64,000 nt of DNA, taken from the IMG/VR virus record IMGVR_UViG_3300020377_000001, positions 1-64,000 of that record. One strand, given 5' to 3'. This document shows, piece by piece, positions 37,132-47,500 of this stretch (its first letter is position 1; every line of letters starts with the position of its first letter). The DNA is from a virus. The notes beneath the pieces are model-generated. The model made no database searches, was not told the origin of the DNA, and worked only from the letters and a program-made list of their open reading frames with translations. The translations under genes and the position numbers were made by a program.

Positions 37132-37797
37132 ATGGCAAAAAAAGATCGACACGTAGTGCCAGAAACCCTCGGTTCATTCAATTTGGCGCCGCCAACAATA
37201 CCCAACATGACGGCGGAAGAGCGTAAGGCGTTTATGGGCGGCGAAGGCAAGTCTGATGACAATGAGCTTGCACAGGTTATAAACGTGACAATGACTACTA
37301 ATCAGGTTGATATCCCGCAAGGCATGGGGATTAGTCCATATAAGATTGGGCCGTTCGATATTAGCCCACCTGTTGCCATAGAGTGGGCGGAGAGCATTCT
37401 TCGACACAGCACAAACAGGGTGACGGCACGAGGGCCGGATCGAAGGTTGGGTGAAACAGGTAAGCCAACACTGATGATCGTTCAGCCGGCGCAGCCAACA
37501 AACTTCAAAATGAAGGAGTGGAAAGATCCCAACACAAATCGGATCTACACCATTAACACATATAGACCAAAGTTTGGGACTCTTAGACCAGATGGCCGAC
37601 CAATGTACCATAGCGAGGAACAAGCGTTTTTCGTTATCAGCAAGATGCTAACCGTCGAGGCGATTCAGAGATATGTTCAGGACTTTGACAATCGTCCGAA
37701 TGTTGTAAATTTCGCTCACACGGTGATAAACTATCGACAGGAGCAACAACTTGCTAGAGTTGGTGTAACTTCAAGAGTAAGCAGGGCGGTGAACTAA
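37132..37797 (+). CDS. Hypothetical virion-module protein
   Basis: AAGGAG RBS; first gene of neck/tail operon. Confidence 0.55.
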   Translation: MAKKDRHVVPETLGSFNLAPPTIPNMTAEERKAFMGGEGKSDDNELAQVINVTMTTNQVDIPQGMGISPYKIGPFDISPPVAIEWAESILRHSTNRVTARGPDRRLGETGKPTLMIVQPAQPTNFKMKEWKDPNTNRIYTINTYRPKFGTLRPDGRPMYHSEEQAFFVISKMLTVEAIQRYVQDFDNRPNVVNFAHTVINYRQEQQLARVGVTSRVSRAVN

Positions 37798-38528
37798 TGC
37801 CTTTGATTGGTACCCAGGCAGAGCAGAGAGCGTTTTTACGTCGTTCGGTTGGGCACCAGCAGGACACCGCTTTGGTTACAGACGATCTTCTCGATGATTG
37901 CCTTAAAGATTCGTTGCGTGAGGTTAACCTGACATTCCCGCTTGTCGGTGTTGGCTTTTTTGAAACTGTGGCAGACCAGCAGAAGTATGACAATGTGCTC
38001 CCAGCAGGCTCATACAGGCTACGGAGGGCATTTTGGCCTAACGAAAGCACCCAGAGGCTGCCTGACAGCTTTCCTGTGCATCTGGACCCCATTGTGGAGT
38101 CGGGGACGCAGTACTACAGCAGCAAGTACACCTTCAGCCCCGCGGCCACGCTTGCAATGGAGCGTCACTCGGAATACCTCAAGAGATGGTTTGAGGGAGG
38201 GGCAAAGATCTTTCTGCCTGGGACCGTATACCTGATGCCAGTCCCATCGGAGGCAGGCAAGAAGGTTTACTTTACTTTTTCATCTCCCCGCTTCGCAGGA
38301 CCAGCGGACGTTTTGGATCAATACGGTCCAGCGTACTTCGCTTGGGCAAAGAAGTGTCTTCATGAAGCCCTCGCCGCTGGCCGTGGCGCTGTTGAGAGCA
38401 TTACCTCTCCAGCAGGAGTGACGATGCGGACTGGAGCCCGGAGCAGCCACCTCGAGCTCGCAAATCGGGAGCACAAAAGGTGGCTTGACCTTATACCACC
38501 AATCGCGACCGCCAGAAGCTGGCCTTAG
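37797..38528 (+). CDS. Putative head-tail adaptor
   Basis: Helical start/end with TVADQQKYD beta insertion; position. Confidence 0.5.
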   Translation: MPLIGTQAEQRAFLRRSVGHQQDTALVTDDLLDDCLKDSLREVNLTFPLVGVGFFETVADQQKYDNVLPAGSYRLRRAFWPNESTQRLPDSFPVHLDPIVESGTQYYSSKYTFSPAATLAMERHSEYLKRWFEGGAKIFLPGTVYLMPVPSEAGKKVYFTFSSPRFAGPADVLDQYGPAYFAWAKKCLHEALAAGRGAVESITSPAGVTMRTGARSSHLELANREHKRWLDLIPPIATARSWP

Positions 38529-38534
38529 TCCAAA

Positions 38535-40793
38535 ATGTCTGGCAACGTGTTGCCTCTGCAGCAGAGGCCGCCAAGGGGCACAATTACGCTAATAGGTCCT
38601 GACCAAGACATGATTGATGTCGCAGATGCAGGCAGCGGATTAACCTGCGTGCACGTTCTGTCTGAATCGGTGGACACTTCGCGTGTCTGCACAGATGCGT
38701 TTGCGTTTGTTGATGAGTATTTGGACCATGGTTGGTTGGATTCGCAGATTAAGTCTGATCCCAGGTGGAATGAGAAGAGATATAAGCACGGTCATTCATC
38801 AAATTCGATTCATTTAAAAAGCCCCATTCCCTCTACGCCAAACTCGTTGTCTGTCTCCATACTCGTAAACCTAGAAAAGGGATCGGCCGAAGGCGTAAGA
38901 TGTATAGAGTCCATCAAAGAGAGGACCATCTATCCATACAGAAACCTAGTTATTACATGCGATTCGTCTGATGACCTTGTTTACTCCACAATAAAGGCAC
39001 AGGAGGACAGGCGAGACCTTGTTGAGGAGATAAGCAGCAACATATCAGACCTCGACAGGATGATAGTCGGCGTTAGCACCGCGTTTTCAAGGGGCGCAGA
39101 TATGGTCTGCGTAGTGGATGAGGGATGCTTGGTCACCCATGGGTGGCTAACAAGGATGGTTCAGTGTCAATACCTCACGGAGTCTTCTGCTGTTTCGCCA
39201 ATGATGAACGAGTCGTTTGACATGCCTCTACCAATGGGGTTGTCACCAAAGTGCGGATCTCACAACCTGTCTGGACCTCATAGCTATCTAGATGTCGCTC
39301 GGGGTCTTTCCGTTATCAATCCAGACTTCCCCCCTCTAACGATGATGTCTGACGACTGCGTAATGTTCACCGCAGAGTCTTGGTCTGAGAACGGATTTAG
39401 CGTTGGAGAGACAAATCGTTGGACGGCCCTGGCGTCGATGTGGGCATCAATCAGAGAGTCGGGCGGAAGGTGTCTTGTTGCAGATCATTCTTATGTATTC
39501 AAAAGGAATGACCCCAAGACGACAAGAATAGGCAATCGCTTGAGGGCTGGGCTTTCTTCGCTGTATTCAGACCTTATAGACTCCGATAGCAAGTGGTCCG
39601 CCACATCGACCACAAACAGGCATAGGGCTCATGTCTCCAGCGTCAAGCCCGCATCTGTGCCTGTGGCAATGACCATGACAAGCATTGGACACTGGGGCGG
39701 CATCATCGCGCCGTTGAGGATTTGTCAGGAGCTAAACGAGCTCGGCTTCTCGGCGTCTGCCGCATACTTGAAGACTTCTGGTGAAGCCTCGATGCCAAGA
39801 GAGTGGTGCCTTCCGTTCACTCCAAGAAGATTTAACACGATGCAGTCTCTCGAGGATTGGAAAGTCTCTATGGGGTGGGATCGAGGGTTTGTTGTTTCGT
39901 CTCATGTTTTCTCTGCATCAATAACTGAATCTGTGAAGTCTGTCTGCCCTGAGGTTTCCACTGTTTCGTTTTGGCAGGATCGAGAAGACCTGTTCGACGG
40001 GTCGGAAAGAAACACTCAGATGAAAAAGTCTCATGTGGATCGATTTCTGGAGTCTGACTTTCATGTCTTTAACTCGTCTTGGGTCTCGGATTCCGTTTTG
40101 ACCGACTTTGGCTCCCTTGGCAAGAATGCGACGATACCGATAGGTGTAGATACCTTAATGTTCAGGCCGAGCGTTCGACAGAAGGGTGGTAAGGTCAGAA
40201 TTATATCCATGTGGAGACCTCACACGTCCAGAAGGGGACACGAGCACCTAATGGCTCTTTATAGGCTCATAAGGCGTGAGTACGGAAACACTGTGTCGTT
40301 AGAGGTGTATGGTGAGAAATCCCCAGGACATGAAATACACTCGATCGTTGATTGTCATCACGGGTGGTTAAACAGGCGTGAACTGTCTCAGGTTGTGCCG
40401 TCTTGCGACATTGTTGTGGAGCCAAGCCAGTTCCAGGGCTTTGGCATGCCTGGGCTAGAGGCGATGTCCTCTGGGTGTGCCTTGGTCAGCACCGATAATA
40501 TGGGAATACATGAGTATGGTGTTCATGGGGAGAACTGTCTCATAGGGGGTTCGATAGAGGCAATGCATGGTCACACTAAAAGGCTGATCGATGATTCGGT
40601 CCTTCGAGAGTCTATTAGCCACAATGGAAGGGTACGCGCACTCAACTTCGACTGGGCAACGGTCGGCGCCAGATGGGGCATGTTTTTGCTTTCTGCAGAC
40701 AAAGACTTGGGCAGATCCTATAGGCAGTCAACCCAGAGGATACTTGATAATATAAGCAAGGTCCGAGAGAAGTGGACCGGCCCTGCTGAGTAA
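38535..40793 (+). CDS. Bifunctional GT-A (GT2-like) + GT-B (GT4-like) glycosyltransferase
   Basis: CLVTHGWLTRM..VSP; GVDT..F; PSQFQGFGMPGLEAMSSG..VSTDNMG. Confidence 0.8.
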   Translation: MSGNVLPLQQRPPRGTITLIGPDQDMIDVADAGSGLTCVHVLSESVDTSRVCTDAFAFVDEYLDHGWLDSQIKSDPRWNEKRYKHGHSSNSIHLKSPIPSTPNSLSVSILVNLEKGSAEGVRCIESIKERTIYPYRNLVITCDSSDDLVYSTIKAQEDRRDLVEEISSNISDLDRMIVGVSTAFSRGADMVCVVDEGCLVTHGWLTRMVQCQYLTESSAVSPMMNESFDMPLPMGLSPKCGSHNLSGPHSYLDVARGLSVINPDFPPLTMMSDDCVMFTAESWSENGFSVGETNRWTALASMWASIRESGGRCLVADHSYVFKRNDPKTTRIGNRLRAGLSSLYSDLIDSDSKWSATSTTNRHRAHVSSVKPASVPVAMTMTSIGHWGGIIAPLRICQELNELGFSASAAYLKTSGEASMPREWCLPFTPRRFNTMQSLEDWKVSMGWDRGFVVSSHVFSASITESVKSVCPEVSTVSFWQDREDLFDGSERNTQMKKSHVDRFLESDFHVFNSSWVSDSVLTDFGSLGKNATIPIGVDTLMFRPSVRQKGGKVRIISMWRPHTSRRGHEHLMALYRLIRREYGNTVSLEVYGEKSPGHEIHSIVDCHHGWLNRRELSQVVPSCDIVVEPSQFQGFGMPGLEAMSSGCALVSTDNMGIHEYGVHGENCLIGGSIEAMHGHTKRLIDDSVLRESISHNGRVRALNFDWATVGARWGMFLLSADKDLGRSYRQSTQRILDNISKVREKWTGPAE

Positions 40794-40923
40794 AGGTGGT
40801 CGCCCGTGAGACGGAAGGTGCGTAGGCTGTGTGATTCGGCTATAATTGAATCGTTGGCGGCAGGCATCACTGTCGTCGCTGTCTCTGTGGGTATCTCAAT
40901 CGCTTTATGGAGGGCTTCTACTC

Positions 40924-41418
40924 ATGCCAAAGACAACAACGGGTCTACACTCTTGGATGGGTGAGACTGGCACCAATTACTTCCACGAGCTCACTCGACA
41001 GGCATTTAGGCTTGCAGAGGAGATCACTGAGGAGGCTGTGGGCAACAACCAGATTCCGAGAACGGTTTCGATTATAAGGAAAACAGAGACTGTTGCCGCC
41101 AATACTGCGCTTGGTGTTAAGGCTACTTGGGCAACTGTCCCAGGGCTTGATTCTGTAGAAGCTTTGATTCACTACCCAAGAAGCTGGAACGAGTCACAGC
41201 AGCAGGAGATCAAGCTTCTTGCGGGAGAGAGGGTGGTCGTTTTGGTTGACGTCCCATCTGGTGGGGGCGTTTCTGCAGACAAGATCTCTTTGACAGACAG
41301 GCTCAAGTACAACGATCCGACTTATGGAGAGTCTTATTGGGAAATCGTAGAAGTTCTTCCGATTCAGGGACCCGGGATGGTTAGGACGAGGGTTAGGTTC
41401 GATAGGCAAGACTCCTGA
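40924..41418 (+). CDS. Putative head closure/stopper protein
   Basis: Beta-rich, DRL..YWEIVEV pattern; position. Confidence 0.5.
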   Translation: MPKTTTGLHSWMGETGTNYFHELTRQAFRLAEEITEEAVGNNQIPRTVSIIRKTETVAANTALGVKATWATVPGLDSVEALIHYPRSWNESQQQEIKLLAGERVVVLVDVPSGGGVSADKISLTDRLKYNDPTYGESYWEIVEVLPIQGPGMVRTRVRFDRQDS

Positions 41419-42203
41419 TGCAGCACTTGAACACAAACCGAGGCAAGCTGCCAACTATGGGGTTTAGGCTTGGCATAGCCAAGCTTCCAAACCTATCCAA
41501 GGCTGCGGACATTGGTCCTGGAAGAGAAGAAGTACATCTAGGTGGCGTAAAGTCCATGTTCTTGTTTGACATGAGGCTTAAGTCTATTAGCCACACGATT
41601 CGCGCCATCGGCGAGATTGACTCTGCCACTAAATCGTTTGCACATAATTTGGTGGCAAACGCTGCAATGCATGCGACCCAGACCTTCAGGGGCAACTCGA
41701 GGGAAATCAAGGGCGGGTTTAGAGACTCTTGGCACCATTTCTTCAAGCCTGGAAAGGCGCCTGCCCACACTGGGAACCCTTTTGCCAAAAAAATGACGTT
41801 CTACTTCGGTGTCAGTGCGGGTGACAAATATTACAAACCTATGGGTGATAAGGGTGGAACCATCATTGAGTGGCTAGAGTATGGCACCAAGCCTCACAAT
41901 ATTTTTCTGAAAACGGCGCCAGCGTTCTTCTTTCATTGGCCTCCAAACCCAAGGACGGGCAGCCCTGGCTCAGATTACGTTTTTCCAATAAAAGGAACGA
42001 ACGTGTTCCATGGGTTGCCGCCAACAAAAAACTATCTGGCTCACCCAGGCATCAAGCCTTATGGATTCATTAGAAAAACATTTGGTGAAATGGTATCTGT
42101 GTTCGAGGGTGGCGTTGTAGGTCCGATTGAGAGGTTGAGGTTTTTTGTCGGCGTAAGCTGGAAGGGGTCTCAGAAGGGATCGCCTGCCGGTAGGGTCATG
42201 TAG
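41418..42203 (+). CDS. HK97 gp10-like neck/tail completion protein
   Basis: LEYGTKPH...HPGIKP motif. Confidence 0.65.
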   Translation: MQHLNTNRGKLPTMGFRLGIAKLPNLSKAADIGPGREEVHLGGVKSMFLFDMRLKSISHTIRAIGEIDSATKSFAHNLVANAAMHATQTFRGNSREIKGGFRDSWHHFFKPGKAPAHTGNPFAKKMTFYFGVSAGDKYYKPMGDKGGTIIEWLEYGTKPHNIFLKTAPAFFFHWPPNPRTGSPGSDYVFPIKGTNVFHGLPPTKNYLAHPGIKPYGFIRKTFGEMVSVFEGGVVGPIERLRFFVGVSWKGSQKGSPAGRVM

Positions 42204-42214
42204 GATTTTGTTTT

Positions 42215-42775
42215 ATGGATGCATCTAGAACATCGAAAAACATAAGAATTACGATTCAAGATAAGATCGGCAACGATGTGACGGTGGATGGCATAACCTA
42301 CCCAATTTATCACAATTACGTTTTCGCTGACCCCGATGACAAGAGGAGTCCAGACGCCAGGACGCAAAGCCCAGCCTGGGTTGAGAGCACATTTGTCTCA
42401 CAAACCGCAGGAAGGAGGGGCTTTTCTCTGCTTCAGCTTGACGTGTTTTCTAAGGTTGGGGGAGAGTCTGAAGACGACAACGATCCCTTTGGAATGCGTG
42501 CGGAGGACATTGCAGACGCTCTAGAGGATCTTTTTTCTGGATTAAATAATCAGGGACGACACAAAAGTCGATTTCATGTGAAAAACTATCAAAACCCCTT
42601 TAATCCTATAGACACAGGGGTTTGCATGTTATGCAAGAACTCTCGAGGAGACCTCGGTATGGTTGAAGAGAGAAGAATAAGTAGTAGCGAAGAAGGTCTT
42701 CGCAGGATTACAATAACGATGAGATTCCAGTTGCTGCAAGATGCTTCTGGTCCGGCAGCGTTTTACATAGACTAG
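42215..42775 (+). CDS. Putative tail terminator
   Basis: LQLDVF..AEDIADAL pattern; immediately upstream of tail tube. Confidence 0.55.
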   Translation: MDASRTSKNIRITIQDKIGNDVTVDGITYPIYHNYVFADPDDKRSPDARTQSPAWVESTFVSQTAGRRGFSLLQLDVFSKVGGESEDDNDPFGMRAEDIADALEDLFSGLNNQGRHKSRFHVKNYQNPFNPIDTGVCMLCKNSRGDLGMVEERRISSSEEGLRRITITMRFQLLQDASGPAAFYID

Positions 42776-42786
42776 GAGGATAGAGC

Positions 42787-43446
42787 ATGCCAATTTCAGG
42801 AAAACAGTCCGTTGGTTCAGTATCGAACCTTTTTCAAGGCTACTGGAGCCAAGTTCAATTCAGACCAGGGAACACGGCCGCCGGTAACGCCTACAAGTAT
42901 TTAGGTGTCGTTCAAGAGGGCGCTCTGGAGATTTCTCGTGAGGATGCGGAGTACATGGGTACAACCTTCCCTCGAGTTATGGAGGTTATCGCTCCGTCTC
43001 AAGCAGGCATGTCGTTCTCAGGTCAAATGGATGAGCTTCACCATCGAAACCTTCAGGTCTCTGCAGGCATTGGCATGGCTCCAACCTCTAAGGCGATTGC
43101 AGACGACAATGATCCAGCAACTCTTGACGATCCAGGCGATTACATCTTCCCTGGCGCAAGCTGTGCGTTTGACAACGCCTTCGGCACTCTTAAGTGCGCT
43201 CGAGAGCGATGCGACGGATTCAAGATGGAGGCAGTTCTTTGGAAGGCTCTTTCAACTGGCTCAATTTCAATCGGTGGCAACGACAACGTAATCGGAACGC
43301 CTGTTGAGTTTACCGCACTTGATGATAGCAATGGCGAATATCACAGCACTCAAGCTCCTAACAACGGTCAAGAGCACTTTGGCTCTCTGGCGCCTCTTGG
43401 TTACCTATATGCTCCGCTTCCTGCAGCAGGCAGTGATGTGGTCTAA
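42787..43446 (+). CDS. Major tail (tube) protein
   Basis: Strong AGGAGG RBS; LGVVQEG, PVEFTAL motifs; position. Confidence 0.7.
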   Translation: MPISGKQSVGSVSNLFQGYWSQVQFRPGNTAAGNAYKYLGVVQEGALEISREDAEYMGTTFPRVMEVIAPSQAGMSFSGQMDELHHRNLQVSAGIGMAPTSKAIADDNDPATLDDPGDYIFPGASCAFDNAFGTLKCARERCDGFKMEAVLWKALSTGSISIGGNDNVIGTPVEFTALDDSNGEYHSTQAPNNGQEHFGSLAPLGYLYAPLPAAGSDVV

Positions 43447-43901
43447 GAGTTAGCTTTCATAAAGCTACTCTTCATCGTAGAGACGTTCTCCCTATATGCT
43501 CTCTGGTCGGCCACGTCGAGGTTGACCAGAGAGTACCTTCTTCCAGCCACCTTTCGTTTCCATCCATAAATACGTTGAGCTCGTCTCTCTCTTTCAATCT
43601 GTTTCGGATCTGCGCTCACGTTTGGTCGTGACCGATTTTCAATCTGAGGTGACGGCGGTGGAGCGTCTGATCCGTCTCCAACAAAAGACTTTGCAACCTG
43701 ATTGATTGGATAGAATAGGGAGGTTGCCCATCCTTGGACATCGGAGGCAAATTCTGCACGAGTTCGACGGCGCATATATGCGTCTGGCGTCATGCCGCAC
43801 TTGTGCGCGACAACGCTAAGAAGCGAATCGACCGATGGAAGATCTACACCCCCGTCAGAATTAGAGTCGGACTCTACTCCCCCGCTGCCAGGGGCACGAG
43901 G
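43443..43901 (-). CDS. Tail assembly chaperone T portion (-1 frame, GT fusion ~329 aa)
   Basis: -1 frame from the slippery site is open and joins MTPDAY ORF to TAG at 43443. Confidence 0.7.
   Translation of the reverse strand, partial: PRAPGSGGVESDSNSDGGVDLPSVDSLLSVVAHKCGMTPDAYMRRRTRAEFASDVQGWATSLFYPINQVAKSFVGDGSDAPPPSPQIENRSRPNVSADPKQIERERRAQRIYGWKRKVAGRRYSLVNLDVADQRAYRENVSTMKSSFMKANS
43445..43472. terminator. Hairpin at convergent tube/chaperone junction
   Basis: AAGAG-T-TAGCTTT-CAT-AAAGCTA-CTCTT. Confidence 0.4.
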
Positions 43902-44431
43902 TTTCCCAGGGCGGCCACATACTCGTTCAACTCAAAGGCTTTGTTGATGATATAGGTGGATTGTACGAGACTGATTTCGTCACGTATATAAGCCCTGACC
44001 TCTTTGCATCCCACATAAATATGGTCTTCATCTCGCTCTTCTTCGGCCCCATCTGGTATAATTCCAGCATCCAATAGGATTTTTCTGTTTGTGGGGGTGT
44101 CTAGAAGGATGACTGCACTCTTTACCATCGCTGGCGACAACTGCTTTCCCAGCACAGTTCTTGCCGCAGACCAAAGCTCTGGTCCCTTCTCAGCAACCTT
44201 CGGTATGATGTCTAAGGCTGAAGTGTCGGTGGTGTCGGCGTTGATAGAAAGTATTTCACCAAGAGGCTTAAATACCGATCCCACGTCCAATTCAGACAAT
44301 GCTTCAAGCAGGGCGGTCTCTTGGTGCATTTTTGATGTCGATAAGGTAAAAGTACTTGTACCTACAGGCACCTCGGTCTTCTTTGGTCGAAGGTGCTTAA
44401 AGGCGTCTGTGGCTCTTTTTTTGGTGGCCAT
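43874..44431 (-). CDS. Tail assembly chaperone G (inverted orientation)
   Basis: Between tube and tape-measure genes; G GGA AAC slippery site near 3' end; AGGAG RBS. Confidence 0.75.
   Translation of the reverse strand: MATKKRATDAFKHLRPKKTEVPVGTSTFTLSTSKMHQETALLEALSELDVGSVFKPLGEILSINADTTDTSALDIIPKVAEKGPELWSAARTVLGKQLSPAMVKSAVILLDTPTNRKILLDAGIIPDGAEEERDEDHIYVGCKEVRAYIRDEISLVQSTYIINKAFELNEYVAALGNLVPLAAGE
43901..43907 (-). promoter_or_regulatory. -1 programmed frameshift site G GGA AAC
   Basis: In-phase X XXY YYZ, 6-nt spacer, then CCCCTG-GCAG-CGGGGG hairpin. Confidence 0.8.
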
Positions 44432-44509
44432 GTTTTGCTCCTAGTGAAGTGTGTGGTTTAGTCTTAGCATATACTGGGGGCGCTGTGAATCAACTTTGTG
44501 AGGTTTTCT

Positions 44510-47500
44510 ATGGCAAGTAGAACTAATAACTTGACCCTTGTTTTGGGTGTCGCGGATAGAAACTTTTCCGCAGGTCTTAAGAAGGCTCAGACTAACCTCG
44601 CGACGTTTGCGGCTGGATTTAGCCGCGCATTCGGAAAGAAGAAAAGGGGTGGTGTCGACGGGATGGCGTCGAGCATCCTTAATCTTGCCACCGCCATCGA
44701 GAGGCTCAATGCCGCAGTTGCGAAAAGCCCTCTTCATGGATTTTCTGCGAAGGTGAGAAGAACATCGGTTGCAATGAACGGCGCCCGAAAGGCCACTCGC
44801 AGGCTCAATCGTAGGCTTTCTAGAACTCGTGCTGCTGCCGCTGCTGCAGGAAAGGGCGCAGACAGGGCGGCGCTTAGCATGGGTAGACTAAGGAAGTCTA
44901 CAGCAAGAACCGCAGAGGCGATTCGGAGTACTGCCGTCAATCTCAAGTTTATGATTGCCACAATGGTTGGTGGAGCAGCGGCAATAGGGGTCGTTAAGTT
45001 TGGCGCCGACTTTGAGAAGAGGCTTGGTGAAATAGACACCCTTCTCGATGCGAACACGGTCAGCATACAAAGGTATCAAGAGCAGTTAATCAAGCTGTCC
45101 CAGTCTACGCCAAAAACACTTATGGACCTGTCTGGTGCACTCTATCAGATTATATCTGCAGGCATACCAGCGGTCGAGGGCGCAGGTGGCGCATTCGACA
45201 TATTGACACAATCACAGAAGCTTGCTGTTGGTTCGATTTCAGAAACAAAGCAGTCGGCAGACCTTCTAATCACAACGATGGCTGCATTCAAGCACGAGAA
45301 CCTTGGTTCCGCAGAGGCAGCAGACAAGCTCACAGCGATCTATCAAAAGGGTAGGACGACTATACCTCAACTTAGTAAGGCGTTTGGTAGGGCTGCTCCG
45401 ATCGCGGCGCAATTTGGCGTTAGTCTAGATGAGTTGGGTGGGTTGTTGATTGGGTTGACCCGCGCAGGTCTGAACACAAACGAGGCCGTGACAGGCATTC
45501 GAGCAATGATGAGCAGTCTTGCAAAGCCAACCAATAAAACTCGCGAGTTGCTTGAGTTGTTGAATATTGAGTTTGGTGAAAACGCGATCCAGACTAAGGG
45601 ATTTAGCGGAGTCTTGGAAGATCTGATAGCAAAGACCGGTGGATCGGTTGAAGTCCTCTCACAACTGTTCCCAAACATTCGAGCGTTGCTTCCGGCGGTT
45701 ATTGCTGCTGGTGATGGGTTTGGTGGGTTTCAGGCTAATGTTGATAGCGTCACCGACTCTATCGGTGCGTCAGATCAGGCTGTACTTAAGCAGCAGAAGA
45801 GGTTCTTCTTCGCCGCTGAGTTGCTAAAATCAAATTTTCAGGGCGTCATTCAACAGATTGCTGAAAAGACGCTGCCTGGGCTTACGATTATGCTCTCTCG
45901 ATTGGGTGGATTTCTATCAGATAACAGGGAAGAGATTGTATCGTTTGGTGTCCAGGCGATGAAATTTTTTGGCATGATTGGTTCTGCTGGGGGGCAGGCT
46001 CTTTTCAAGACGCTGAAGACTATTATTGAATTCCTGAGTAGCGGGTTCGGAAAAGCAGTCGCGTTGATTGCGGTTGTGAGCAAGCTTGGGCTCGTCTTCT
46101 TTGGCATGGGTAAGGCCGCTGTGTTGTCTCTGGGTAAAGCCTTACATTTATTTTTCCCCGCTGTGTTCACTGAGGCGGGGGCTTTGGCTGCGGGCGCATT
46201 CAATGGCGCATTCGAGAGTGCCTCCAACTCAAGGATGGGTCGTTTTTTTGGTGGTGCTGGCCCGTTTATAAGGGGAATCCTTGGGTTTCTCGGGCCGCTT
46301 GCCATTGGCGCGATGATTGCCAAGGCATTATTTGACGGATTTAGTGCGGCTGCAGATGAGGAGGCGGCGCAGGCTGGGGAAGAGCTCGCAAGAAAGCTCA
46401 AAGAGGCTGTTCAGAAGGCTGTTTCGGAAGCAGCCGCAGAGTTTAGAAGGCTGCAAGGTATTGACGCCAAGGATGTGGAGAAGACTCAGGAAAAAGTCGA
46501 CCGAGGCACGCTTTTTGTAGATGAAGGTGAGGGCATCGGCAAAGCAAGGACACTTCAAAAAGACCTTGACCTTATGCTTAGAAGCGCAATCAACAAAAGG
46601 AGGATGGACTTAATTGAGGCAAAGAAGAAAGAACTGAAGGTCACCGTCCTCACCGCAAAGCAGGCTGGAGAGGTAGAGAACGCACTGCAGGAGGAGAATG
46701 CACAAATAAGGACTCGGGTTGTTGCAGAGCATGCAGAGAAGCATATGAAAATCATTGAGGCTAGAGCCGAAAAGGATGAAAAGCTGTCTAAAGCGGTTAC
46801 AGAGAACCTAAATAAAGACATAGAACGCCAAAACAAACTCCTGCAAGACGCGAAGTCTAAACAGGAAAAGGGTTTTGATGCGGCGACAACCCATGTTGGC
46901 AGGCAGGTGGCAAAAATGTTTACAGGCTCAAGGGAAGAAATGCTGGGTATGGCTCGACGCTTTAGAACGATTCTGGCAGGGGAGACCGAAGCAGAGCGAG
47001 CAGAGGCTGAAAAGGTTATCAATGAATTCATTGAGAAGATAAGTAAGTTGGAGAGTGATAGGGCAGCCAAAGACCAAGACGTAAAAAATCAAGCTAAATT
47101 CATTGCAGGTATGAATGCGGAACGGCGAAGTGGAGTAGATTCGGTAACCGGAAAACCGTTTACCGAAGAAAGCGCTAGGCGATTTGATAAAGGTATAGAG
47201 AGAAACATTGAATTCCAAAAAACGCAACAAGAAGACTTAAGAGTCTTAGAGACCATGTTGGCTAAAAGGCGGCAGGAGTTTGCGGCTGAATTTCCTAGAT
47301 TGCAGGGATCCTTTCTTAAAATGGCTAATGCATTGGCTCAACAAGTTATGCCAGATCAGATTGAGAAAACTACCGCTCAGATCACAGAATCGTTTGGTGA
47401 ACAGTTCACTCAGATCGCCAAGCAGATCTCTCAAGATACCGATTTTGGAAAAATCGATCTTATTGACGAAAGTACCGTTAACAAGGTTGCTGAAGCAAGG

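Noticed and set aside
43443-44510. Invertible segment controlled by the serine recombinase
   Set aside because: No inverted repeats found at the junctions by eye
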